Assembly: GCF_009914755.1 (NCBI RefSeq) | Contig: NC_060945.1 | Reading direction: 5' to 3' (one strand) | Source of the DNA: the human T2T-CHM13v2.0 reference genome, Homo sapiens | DNA: 64,000 bases | Shown here: positions 14,727 through 27,300 of the stretch, piece by piece | Layout of the letters: each line of letters begins with the position of its first letter | How positions within the stretch are numbered: the first letter of the stretch is position 1 | Translations under genes and position numbers: made by a program | The notes under the pieces: model-generated | Told to the model about the DNA's origin: nothing | What the model saw: the letters and a program-made list of their open reading frames with translations, nothing else | Database searches by the model: none

Positions 14727-15342
14727 TAAATAAATTGCTAATTTTCATAAGAGCCCTTTGTCAACTGACTAAAAACATCCTTAATTTAGAAATGTATTTT
14801 TTAGTTTTAAGATAACTAGTCATTAAGTGAAAACATTGTAGGCAAAATGGCTCTAAGCAATTTAGTATTCATAGGAATGAATCCATTCCTTGAAAGCATT
14901 GGTCGCTGGGTGCACTTGTCCTGGATGAGCAGATATTAGGCAAATCAGTCTTTCACCAGCAAACCCTGCCATAAGAACTGCACAGGCCTGATTCCTGCCA
15001 AGCACACCAGGCCCCTGACTGGGGCAGAGGCCTCCCTTATGGGGCAGGAAGAAGGAGGCAGGGAGAAACATAGGGCCCATGATTTAAGGAGGCTCTCCCT
15101 CTCGGGCTCATGCAAGTGCAGGATCAGTACCTAAAGGGGAGCACCGCCCGAAATCCTGTGCCCCAGTCACCTTAACCCAGTCCAGCCCTGGCTCCTGCAC
15201 TCCAAAGCTAAGCAGGGAATACCAGCGGGAGACAGAAGACAGCATGAGAAACTGAATGCATCTCCACATTTATCTAAAAATAAGAAACTGGACTTCTTCA
15301 GTAGGAAATGGCTTATCTTTCCAAATGAATAAAAATACTTAT

Positions 15343-15743
15343 AGCTATGGGTTGAATTGTATCAATTCTCTCCCCCAGTTCATGCATTGGAGTACTAACC
15401 CCCGGTCCCTCGGGATGTGATGATAGAGAGGTAGGGCCTTTACAGAGGCAATCAAATTAAAGTGAGGTCATTAGTGACCTAACCCAATGTGACTGATCCA
15501 CTTACAAAAAAAGGGACAAGATTTAAAGACAGACCTGTATAGAAGGACGATGGTGTGAAGACACAGGGAAAAGACAAAAGAGGCCTGGAACAGATTTTCC
15601 TCAAAGCCCTCAGAGGGAACCACTTGGGCTGACACCTTGATCTTGGACATCCAGCCTCCGGAACGGTGAGATGATGAATTTCTGTTGTTTTAAGCTACCC
15701 AGTTCATGGCAGTTTGTTACAACAGCACTGGGAAAGGAAATCA
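15343..15743 (+). mobile_element. MLT1B-like MaLR LTR
   Basis: tatgggttgaattgt...gacaccttgatcttggacatccagcctcc...ttctgttgttttaagctacccag. Confidence 0.8.
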
Positions 15744-16617
15744 CCTCTATGGAGGGACTTACGAAAGTCACTTAACTAATGCAGATTAGAGGCCTCACAG
15801 TCAGGGCATGGCCTCAAGAGCCACATCCATTTTAATTGTACCATTTCTCACTGAACTCTGACCCTGGTCAAGGCATGTCTCAGGCTCCATGGACTACTAT
15901 TCCTTCCACTGATCGACCCTGGCTTCATTCTGGCAAGGGAGGGACTCATACATTCTGCGGCCTGCATGAGTGTCATGTGAGCACCCCCATAACCTTGATC
16001 CCTGCGGTGCTTCTCCAGGGGAGCCCTAGCATTCCAGCTGGCCTCATGGGCATGCCTTAGAGAGAGGGAGCTGACCCTCTCCTTCTTCAACTGGATTTTA
16101 TTTTTATTTTTTGGCATGTTTTGTGAATACAAAGATTCACTGCCTGGGTGTGCCCCTTGAAAGAAGGTTTCAATTGCATTCAGGTGAAATAACCACAAAA
16201 TGACTGTAAGCCAAATGTAGTAGTATGATAGAAAAATGGAAATATCGTAAAAGCACCAGTCTGTAGACACCTAGCTTCTGGTTCCTCTGGAAAAGGGAGA
16301 AGAGAGTAGACAGTGATGGAGAAAAGAGGGGCTGTGAAGACTATAGAACTGAGAAGGCAGTAATTCTAAAATCTCCACACTGTAGGGCCAGGAACAGGCA
16401 GTGCTGGGCAATGGGGCATCTTATCTCAGGGAAGTCAAGGGTGTCATGTAGAACCAACATAATTCATCCAAGTACAGCAAAGAATCCAGAAATGGTCTGT
16501 GGAGGTTTGGAACCATGAAAATCAAATAGGAAAGATACAAAATATTTACATATCCACATTTTTTAAAAGGGGTCCTGACTAGGCAGCATAAGATTATTTG
16601 GGTTCTGTTCATTTTAC

Positions 16618-16719
16618 CTTTAGTTGCCCTTGGTTCTGCCATCTTTTTTCTCTGTGAGTCATTTGTCTTGCTTTTGGTCAACACGGCTTTCCTCGGGTCT
16701 CCAAAGATCCTGGAATAAC
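16618..16719 (-). other. ERG: ERG exon 2 (102 nt, 5'-UTR)
   Basis: Acceptor cttatattcag|GTTATTCCAGGATCTTTGGAGACCCGAGG; ends GGCAACTAAAG|gtaaaa; matches remembered ERG mRNA leader. Confidence 0.93.
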
Positions 16720-17304
16720 CTGAATATAAGTTGAAGAATATTAAACCTTATTTTGTTTTCAAATATTAATACCAGGGATCAACTGTACATGTACCGACAA
16801 AACCTATTTCTTAAACATTATTTTAAAATATCCTAAAAGGGGAAAGAACTTAAATCCTTCCCCTTAAAAAAAGAGGGGACAACATTCCTCTCCTCTGAGG
16901 GAAGCCCAGCATTATGAAGCAAAAATCGGGAGTGAAAGCAAGGCCAAGCCTAACTGGCATGCTGAAGCACACAGATGCTTTTGCACAGAAAATATTTTGA
17001 AAATGTTTTCTTTTCCTTATAGCCCCCAGCTTTGGTAATAATGGCTTCCCTAGATCATTCTGTTAGCACTTTCTGCTGCTCAGAACAGGGTAGTGGGATT
17101 TAGAATTTAGAAAACATCCCGAGAACTGTAATTAAGCAATTGTCATAGTCCCAGAAAAGAAACAACCCTTTTACTTTGTAAATGCTAGGAGGATCTGTAT
17201 TTTTTAAAATCTTAGAACACTAACTAGCTAAAAAGATAGAAAGAAAAAAATCTTTCTTACAATATGCCTGTAGCACGGCTCCAAAATCCAGTCCCTCTCT
17301 CTCT

Positions 17305-17306
<2 letters not shown>

Positions 17307-17343
<37 letters not shown>
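17307..17343. repeat. T37 mononucleotide run
   Basis: Direct count. Confidence 0.95.
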
Positions 17344-17346
<3 letters not shown>

Positions 17347-17884
17347 TACAGGAATTTCTTACACAACTTTCCAAGTAAAATATTCAATCCCCAAATAATA
17401 TATTTAGTAGAATCCTTACAACATGAGAAATTGTAAATGGCATCTGTTTCCGTTGAAAATATTTTTAAATTAGAAAACATCTTAAGCACTGCATCAAATC
17501 AATATTTGTAATGGGCAGAATTATTTCTAAATGGTTCCACAGGCCAGTTGACATTCCCACTCTACTTAGGAAGCCCCCAGCCAACTCCACCTGAAGTCTT
17601 CGAAACCTATGCATAGAGGCAAATTGCCCAGATGTCACAGAAAAGCATTTGTTGTGATACAGAAAATAAAACACATTACTGGGGGAAAAAAATCAGGGTA
17701 CTAAACCACGTACATAATATCATCCCAATATTGCACAAAGAAAAAAAAATAAGTGGATGAAATAAAAGAGGGAAGGCAGGAAAGGAAAGAGGATGACCTG
17801 AGAAAAGTTATCAAAATGGTTAACAGTCATGGTCTTTGGCTTTCCAGTGTGAAATAGGAGTTCTTATTTTCCTCTTTTTAAAAT

Positions 17885-17959
17885 ATTTTTAAAATTATTT
17901 ATTTTTTAAACCAACTAATAAAAGTAATATATATTTACCGTGTACAACATTATGTTTTG

Positions 17960-17995
<36 letters not shown>

Positions 17996-18849
17996 GTTGG
18001 AATGGCTAAAGTAAGCTAATTAACATCTGCATTACCTCACATACTTATTTTTTTGTGGTGCGAACACTTGAAATCTACTCTTAGTGATTTTCAAGAATAT
18101 AATGCATTGTTATTAACTACAGTCAATAGATCATAGGTCTATTCAAGTTCAAGTCACAGATCTCTTGAAATTACTCCTCCTGTCTAACTGAAATTTTGTG
18201 TCCTTTGACCAACATCTCCCCAGTTCCCCTACGCTCAACATCACTAATCATCAAGGAAATGCAAATCGAAATCATGATGAGTGTCATCTCACACCTGTTA
18301 GAATGGCCATTATCAAAAAGACAAGTGTTGGTGGGGATGTGGAAAAAGGGAACTCTTGCCCACCGTTGGTGGGAACGTAGATCAGTACAGTCATTATGGA
18401 AAACAGGATGGAGGTTCCTCAAAAACACAAAGATCAATTACAAAACAAAATACTATATGTTTTACAAATGTACTACAACTCAATTTGGTATGTATTACAA
18501 ATCAAAATACTACATGATTGCTGGCAATCCCACTCTGGAGATAGATCCAAAGAAAATGGAAAATGAAATCGGTATGTCAAAGAGGTACCAGCCCTCCCAA
18601 ATTCATTACAGCATTATTCACAACAGACAAGGTATGGCATCAACCTAAGTGTCCATCAACATAAACGCCCATAAAGAAAAGTGGTGCACATACACAACGG
18701 AACACTATTCAGCATTTAGAAGAGAAATCCTGTCATTTGTGACAACATGAACAAACCTGGAGAACTTTATGCTAAATGAAATAAGCCAGGCACAGAAAGA
18801 CACATACTGCATCCTCTCACTTATACATAGCATCTGAAAAGTTGAACTC
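17885..18849. mobile_element. L1MA element with 5' inversion: 3' end on - (about 17885-18228), upstream part on + (about 18233-18849); contains (TA)n at 17962-17992
   Basis: Antisense L1MA tail abuts sense ORF2-end/3'-UTR sequence gctcaacatcactaatcatc...aaagttgaactc. Confidence 0.8.
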
Positions 18850-18893
18850 CTATTTCCTTCTTTATAGTTTTGTGTATTTTCCAAATTTTCTAA

Positions 18894-19407
<514 letters not shown>

Positions 19408-20470
19408 AAAGCTGTGCAAATCTTGAGTTAATAAACATGTTCCCCAAATCCAAAAGCCAATATTGACTATTGCTTGGTTAACTGTTTTGCATGGATAAGT
19501 GGTTAAAGGAGTATTTGGTTTCCAATTTCTGCAAAGGGAATAAAAGTTTTAAAAGCGTGAACTAAGATTTCCTATACTATGCTATTCTATAGTAGGTTTT
19601 TATGCCAAAACCTCTACTAGGCTGAAAGGATAATTTGATTTATGGTTGAGACATTGTTGGGCCTGATTTAAAGCCCAGAGTCAAGCCCAGAGAGGATTCT
19701 CTTAAATATGTGCAATGGGTATTTTTAAATTAGCATTATGGCGTTATTAATATTTCATTTATCCTGAGAGCATTTACCTGACAACGTAAATTATGTGTAA
19801 CACAGCTGAGAAGCCACAAAGGATCCAAAAAGATGTCACGAAGTCCACGAAGAGAAGCTTTGCCAGAGAAAGGCACACTACCAGCCGCGTGAGCTGGCCT
19901 CATCAAAGCAAAAAAGTCAGAAAATTATGTAAACCAGACTCAAGAACTCAAAAATACAGTCGTTTGAGAACATTGGTAAGAGTGCAAACTGCTCACCCCA
20001 GCTCAATCACCCCTGGTCCAGCAACGGCAGAAAGCCAAGGTCAAGGAGTCACATGACCTGAAGAGACACCCCCCACCACCACCACCACCCTCCAAGCCCT
20101 GCCCCTGGCCAGTGGGACAAACCACATGACCCCTGGGATTCAGTATTCAGTCAGGTTCTGTGTTCTGTATGGGGAGGTAGAAGAAGGCACCAGATCATCA
20201 GGAAATCTGGACTGGAAATGGCCAAAGCTGAACACATCTGAGTACCTGAAGGGTAAGCTTAAGGTGTCAAAGCAGCCATGGTGAGGCAGAAAGAACCTTG
20301 AGCTTGGGGCCCCAAGTTTATGCTGACCCACTAGCAGCCAACAAAACCTCCCTCAGCCTCAGTTTGCTCATCTGAAAACTGTGAGTAAGAGGCTCTGACT
20401 CCAGAGAGGTGGTGCAAGTTCAATGAGAAGGGGTTGCTGATGGTCCAGATGGACAGATGCAAAGCACTGC

Positions 20471-20784
20471 TTTCTGTTTTTGTCTTTGTTTTGATACAGG
20501 ATTCTCTCTGTCATCCAGGCTGGTGTGCAGTGGTGTCAATAGCTCACTGCAGCCTGGACCCTCCCTGGCTCAAGTGATCCTCCCACCTCAGCCACCCAAC
20601 TAGCTCAGACTATAGGAAAAAGAGTCATGCACCACCATGCCTGGCTAATTTTTAAAAAAAAATTTTGGAGACATGAGATCTCACTATTTTGTCCAGGCCA
20701 ATCTCGAACTCCTGGCCTCAAGCAATCCTCCTCTCTCAGCCTCCCAAAGTGCTTGGATTAGAGGGGTGAGCTACCATGCCCAGC
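20471..20784 (-). mobile_element. AluJ
   Basis: ggctcaagtgatcctcccacctcagcc and ggcctcaagcaatcctc J-type motifs. Confidence 0.85.
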
Positions 20785-21119
20785 AAAGGCATTGTTAAAT
20801 TCAGGAATGAATGACCACCTTGTTCCCCAAAACACTAGACAAGAGAACCATTCTCTACGCACAGATCTCCCTGGCCACCACGTGTAAGCAGCAGTGAATA
20901 TTCCATAGGTGGAACTGGCTACTGTGAAGAAAGAAAACTCCAGAAAAGCTACCCTCACTCCAAGAAGTAGCCTGGACCCCACGTGCGTGACAGCAGCCTG
21001 GGGAGAAGGCTCCACTCCCACCAGCAATGCCAAGGACAGAGCAGCAGCAGCCGTCCATCCCCACAGTTATGGTGAACACAGCCACAGAGCAGCCTGCTTT
21101 TTCCATGTATAGCCACACA

Positions 21120-21676
21120 CAGGTGGCAATGGCAGCAGACATAACTGGCTGCCCTTCCTCCCTTATGGAAGGAAACATAATTTTGCTTGGGTGTTCTGCC
21201 TGCCCCCACATGACCCACGGAGGATGACCAGCCCCAACACCAGTGTAAATCCTATCACTGGGCACCATCTCTTCTCACCACGGATTGGTTTAGGGAAGGG
21301 CACATGATATAATTCTGGTCAGTCTAACACTCGGGGAAGCGAGCTAGAGGACTTCTAGGAAAAGTGTTGGCTGATGAAGAAAGGCCATAGAGTAGTAGTC
21401 CTGTCTGTGTGGCACTTGGAACTGTGAGAGCCATCCCAGGACCATGAGAAGAGGTCACCTGAGGATAAAACCAATGTGCTGTGGATATCTGGGGGAAAGG
21501 AGGGAAGTCCTTGTGTTTCTACCTATGGTAGGGAAGAGTATAAACCAACTCTGAAGGCATCTCATGGCAGGGCAGCTAGGCACATCAAATGCATTTTCCT
21601 TGTTAACTAAACCATTTTGAATTGGGGTCATTTTTGTTGTTATTGTTATTACTGGCAGCAAAAGTATCCCATACAC
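21120..21676 (+). mobile_element. Old ERVL/MaLR LTR (LTR16/MLT1-like)
   Basis: gattggtttagggaagggcacatga...aaccattttgaattgggg...cagcaaaagtatcc. Confidence 0.5.
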
Positions 21677-22301
21677 TCTAGTAGCCATGTTCAAAAAAGT
21701 CGCTTTCAGCTCTTTTACCATCTGTATCCATAGTCACGCAGACACGCTGAGTATGCTCTTCAGTTCTAATTTTAAAATAAAATGATCTGCTGGAAATTAG
21801 CTCAGCTCATAGATCTCCATACTTACAACACTGTATCTAAGAATTAGTAAATAACTATTACCATGATAAGTGGCCTATCTCAGTCTATCCACATGTTGAG
21901 TGTCCAGGTACTGGAGGTGGCATGGAACCTCCCCTCAATAAACAAAGGCTATGATGAGAGGTTATACTTTAAATTAAATTACTGAGTGGAGGCATAATGT
22001 GGTGAGGGTCACAAGAGAGGTACCAAAGATGCAGCAACAGAGCAGTTGATGGGCACTTAGCATTTCAGTAAGTGGGAATGGGGAGGAGAGCAGGAAAGGT
22101 GGAGGAAACAGATGAGGAGAGGAAAGAAGGGAAGTGTTCTCCAAGGAAGCACGCTGCAGGGAAAGAGTCTTTCACCTGTATGTCCCACAAGGCACAGAGT
22201 ATGAACTCAGAAATGTTGAATGATTTGTCTCTATAATTAAGGGATGATTTCACTGATAATGTTGTCTTCTTCCATGATCTAAATTCAACCTGCCCTTCAA
22301 A

Positions 22302-22480
22302 TCCATTCATTCATACAATTGTTCATCCATCCATCCATCCATCCATCCATCCATCCATCCATGTATTCATGTATTCATTCATCTATCCATCCATGTATTC
22401 ATCCATCCATCATCCATGTATTCATCCATCCATCCACCCATCCATCCATGTATTCATCCATCCATCTATCCATCCATCCA
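22302..22480. repeat. (CCAT)n/(TCCA)n degenerate tetranucleotide array, probably grown from an L2 tail
   Basis: Direct reading; followed by L2-like gcactgagttccctccatgtgccaagcactg. Confidence 0.9.
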
Positions 22481-22789
22481 TACGCACTGAGTTCCCTCCA
22501 TGTGCCAAGCACTGAGCTAAACACTAACTAGGGTTGGGCTTTGCCAATGAGTTCAGAGCCTAGTGAGAGAGACAGAGTTGTAAAGAAAAAAATCACAAAT
22601 GCCAACTCCCCCATTGCCTTGCTTGATCCTCAATGCCAGAGTGTAGCCTGGTTGAGCATGACAATCAGCTGGAGAGCTTTTTAAAAACAGAAATTCTGCA
22701 ATCCTTCCTCTTTTTTCTTTATTGGAAAGTCCAGGGGTGAAAGGGGCAAAAGAGTCTAAGTGGGAGTTAGGGAGGCAGAAGAGGATTGA

Positions 22790-23170
22790 AGGCAGTGTCT
22801 GAAATATTTTCAGACTGAGAAGGAAAAGGAAAACAGCCAAGAACACAAGGAGGAGCAGTCAGAGCATAAGGAGGAAACTAGGAAAGATCTAAGTCATGGA
22901 AGCCAAGGAAGGACATTCAGTAAGATGGAAAGTTCAGTGTCGCAACTGCAGAGAGATTCATGTCCAGGAGAAAGTCATTCAACCAACCATACGCATTGAG
23001 AACAGGTCCTGGATTTGGCAACTTAAAACCTCTTGCTGTCCTCTAAAAATGTTGTAGGAGCCTGACAGCATTAAGCCAAATGGCTCAGTAGTTAAAAACA
23101 GGGAGGATATGCAAAGGGCAATGTAGGCTACTCATGGAAGAAGTTGAGCAACAAAGTTAGGGAGGGAGTG
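22790..23170 (-). mobile_element. L2 fragment
   Basis: ggaggagcagtcagag...aggaggaaactagg...gtcatggaagccaagg...tggatttggcaac. Confidence 0.6.
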
Positions 23171-23193
23171 GCAGTTCAAAGAAAAGCACTAAT

Positions 23194-23501
23194 GCCACAG
23201 GGTGCAGTGGCTCATGCATGTAATCCCAGCACTTTAAGTCAGGAGTTCAAGACCAGCCTGGCCAACATGGTGAAACCTTATCTCTACTAAAAATACAAAA
23301 ATTAGCCGGGCATGGTGGTGGACACCTGCAATCCCAGCTACTCAGAAGGCTGAGGCAAGAGAATCACTTGAATCCAGGAGGCAGAGGTTGCAGCAAGCTG
23401 AGATTGCACCACTGCACTCCAGCCTGGGGGACAGAGTGAGACTCCTCAAAACAAACCAACCAACAAACAAACAAAACCAAAAAAACAATGAAAACAAAAA
23501 T
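23194..23501 (+). mobile_element. AluS with a left-arm deletion
   Basis: cagcacttt joined to aagtcaggagttc; (CAAA)n tail; TSD gaaaagcactaa (23181-23192 and 23502-23513). Confidence 0.9.
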
Positions 23502-23854
23502 GAAAAGCACTAACTGGCTTCACCCACCCAACATTTGCTGGGCACTTACTGTACTTCAGAAATTACTAGTAGCTAGGGATGCACTAGTGCACAAGACTCA
23601 GCCCTGCCCTCAAGGCATTTACAAACCAATGAAAAGAAGGTTTATCTTATTTGCTCAGTCTGTTTGAAGGATGAGAAAAGCAGGTATGTTTATAGACAGG
23701 ATAAAGGGAGCCAGTGGAGTAGAGGAGATAGAGATTCTAGAGCCAGGGCACTTAAGGATGTTACTGTCTGGGGAAGAGGTAGAGGAAATGCCATGTTTCA
23801 CAGCACAATGGTGGGGTCAGTTCTGGCAGGAAGGTGGGACCCCACTGTCTCAGA

Positions 23855-24065
23855 AGGGGTGTGCTGCCAGATGGCTAACAACAGGCTCTCACAGGAAAAC
23901 TCCTGATTTGAAGCACTTGGTCATTTCTATGGAGTCAATATTTCCATCATGGGCAACTGCAAGGAACCCAGGGGAGTCCCTGAATGCAGAGTTGGGAAAA
24001 GATGTGCTCTAACGCATCATTGCCGGCTCTAGCGAGTTGGGAGGAGCCAGCTCTAGCACACATGG
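23855..24065 (+). mobile_element. MER63-like hAT MITE
   Basis: gtgtgctg...ctgaatgcagagttgggaaaagatg...gagccagctctagcacac. Confidence 0.65.
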
Positions 24066-24330
24066 GCTCCAGAAGCCAAAGAGAGACCAAGAAGCCTGGA
24101 ACTGTTGATAAGAAAAGAGTGTTCAGAGGAAAGCTGTGAAGCCAGCATAGCCAGCTGCTCTCCTAGGCGCTGAGACCCTGTGATGAGAGGAGAAACCAGG
24201 GAGGCGGAGCTCCAAATCTGGAAAAGTGGCAGGCTTGAGTGCTCTTCAGTTACTCCCACTTGAGCAATTTTGCTTTCTAAACCTGGTTAATAGCCCAAAA
24301 TGTGGGCTGCTTATTGTCATCTCCCTTCAC

Positions 24331-24358
24331 TGTGTGTGTGTGTGTGTGTGTGTGTGTG
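24331..24358. repeat. (TG)14 microsatellite
   Basis: Direct reading. Confidence 0.95.
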
Positions 24359-27300
24359 CTTTTCCTATGTAAACTGCTGCACCACTAACTCTGCTATACT
24401 TTAGAACTCAGTAAGGCAATCCTTAGACTCTTATACAATTCCCTAAAGGGTCCCCTTTTACTCTAAGTCACAGAGAAATGTTGAACATTTAAACCTTTAA
24501 AGTGCAGTTTTGCTGGAAGAAAATTTCAAGGGTCTCCATGAATCATGTCTGAGCCATGTATTGGCCATGACCGCATACTTCTTGTCAGTCTTATTTCATT
24601 TGGTTGTTATTGTGGTTTGGTTTCATTTCATGTTGCTTTGGAGGGTCAACCTTTCTTTCATTCATGACATTCAATCAACCTTTCTCCCCAGAGTGTCTTC
24701 CCATTTTTTATGTGTGTGTCAGGAGATAGAAAAATAAACACAGGTATTAATGTGCCTGTGGGCACCAGTTTGTAAAGCCCAAGACGTTCTTGGACCCAAG
24801 GAAACTTTCAGTTCTTTCTCAGCCTTGCCGTTTTGCATGTAAAGCATTTGAGCTGATCTCAGAGTTGAGGTGGCTGCCAGCTTCCACCAGAACAAAACAC
24901 ACAGCAGCAAAACAGCGCCATGTCCCTCAGTGTGGGAACCAGGGTCTGCCTGGGGCCCCCCTGTAAAAACGAGAGATCTGAAGGAAAACAGACAGCATTT
25001 GAAAGGCGGATGACATCAAGAAAGTAAAAGCAACTATAAATATGACTTCTCTCCTGCTTTACACTGAGCCTTCTGTTCAAGAAAACACATTTACCAGGGA
25101 TTTTTTCCTTAAGCTCAACTGGAAAAACAAATATTTAGTCATTTTACAAGAGCAGACAACTGAAAAGCAAGCCACAGATTAAACAAGCATTATGTATTTC
25201 TAAGAAAGTTCATCAAACACAATATATCTTTGAGAACACAATCTTGAAGTCTGTTTTAGAGGCAAATTTGACCTTCAAAATGAATTTTGTCTCGATATAA
25301 TTACAAGGTCAAATCTTAAAGAAGTAAATGCATAGACAACCATCTTTGCAATGAGATCTGTTTTATATTTTCAAATGAACAATACTGGACAGAAAAAAAA
25401 TACATAATTACTTCTGAGGTTATATATAAAATACCCAATTGGCAATTAGCTAATATCATATTAGCATCTCAATATTTTAGATAAAGCAAAACTCCCAAGT
25501 ACAAAATAATCTATAATAGAACAAAAATGGCAAGTCATATTAAAGAGAGATTACATATAAGAGACTTTATTACAAGTTATCATTTTTTAGATAAAATTTA
25601 TTCTTTCAGCATCACTTTGATACTTGTAGGAGGCAGATATAGTATAGAGAGGCAGATAGAGGTGAGAACCTTTCCTAAGAAAAATCAAGCAGCATTAAAA
25701 GCATAAAGAAAAAAGAAGAAAAAATATTTCAGATTCCCAATTCGTATATCACATTGTTGACAAAAAAAAAATTAGAGAATACCAACAGGAAAAGGTTTCC
25801 TTGTGCTCTTTAAGGGTGGGGAATTTCAAAGAACCTTGAACTCATCATGAAAATAGTTCTATACCCATCGGCTTTGCCAAAAACACTTTGGGATTTCAGT
25901 GATGGGTACTGAGCCACCAGGAGCAATGAAACCAGCTTTTCCATTTCCACTGAGTTTTGGCTGGTTTACAAGGATTGCACAAAGATCACCTCATTTGTAC
26001 TGGACACAATTGGGAAATAAAAATTTAAAAATCATCCTTCATATTTAAAATAGAAATCATGAACCCCGCCACAAACATGCTTCCCCGACACTCAGGACCT
26101 GAGGTTGACAACATGCCTCCCCGTTAACCCATGAAGCCTCATAGGTATGCACTGCATCTATATAGAATTTTCCATGGACTCCATCATCAAAGCATCCTTT
26201 AACAAGTATGAACTGAGCACTCACCCCATGCACAGAGCTGTGGACGGGGCCATATGGGACAGAAAAGTTGCAAGGTGTGTCTCTCACTCCCAAAGAGCCC
26301 ACATGCCTTGCAGGAGAGGAAGGCTGTGGACCCAGGTTTTGTGATGCAGATGAAGGGGCCACATAGCTGCTCCAGTAAGAAGAACTGGAATCATCTGAAG
26401 GAGAGGAAAATAGGGCATTTCAGCCTTGAATAGCAGAACCCAGATCATGAAAAATAGGAAGAACTTATATGGACGTCAGAGAGGAAGGCAATCCAGACAA
26501 CAATAATAACTTAGGCAAAACAGAAATCAAATGCAGCTTGCAGAAGACTCTGTACAGGGAGCCAACACAGCTACTTTACGTGAGGAGTCAATGAGACCAT
26601 TTAATAGAAGCCCCCTGTCGAAACTGTAAAAATGATTTTGCCATCTTGGCCATCTCCTGAGATGGCTGAGAAGGGATTTGCCAAGCAAAAAAAGAGTTGA
26701 GGGGTTTTGCACAATGGCCTGGAACAGAGAGGCTGGAGAGAAATCAGACAAGTCTCTCAGGCAGAAGTTCCAGAAAAATGAAGAAGCAGGAGAGCCCGAG
26801 GCAAGAGGGAAATGGCAGGCACATTGGTTGGACGATGAGGGTTTGTGTGGATCTCAAAGGGCCAAGACGTGGGGAGAGTCTAGACTTTTAGGCTAGGAAG
26901 TCCGAACCTTGTTGTGAAAATAGCTGAAGATTTTGGAGCACCTGCCGAGCAAAGTTTCCCAAAGAGGCTGTTGGGAAGATTCATGAGGCAGGAGACTACA
27001 GGGAGGGAAGGCCAGAGGCAGAGAGGCCAGTTCCAGGATGGCTGCCATGGTCCAGCCCAAGGTAATGAAGGTGGGGAAGCCTCGGAATGCAAGAGACAGG
27101 GTGGAGATGAGAAGACATGTCAGAGCCTGGTGGCCAATTAAGCAGAGAAGGTGCAGGGAAGAGAGGAGAGCAGGATGGAAAGCCAGGAAATGTGGGTCTC
27201 AGTGAAGATGGGGAGTTCTGTTTCAGCCCCAAGAATGAGCATGTGCATCCTTGAACCCCGGGGCCTGTGAGGTTGGTCAATGGAAGCCCGGGAGCTCTGC

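Noticed and set aside
16421-16684. 87-aa minus-strand ORF over exon 2
   Set aside because: TTG start and it runs through the splice donor into intron; only the spliced readings are meaningful
18196-18648. 150-aa ORF
   Set aside because: Decayed L1 ORF2-end sequence, largely out of frame
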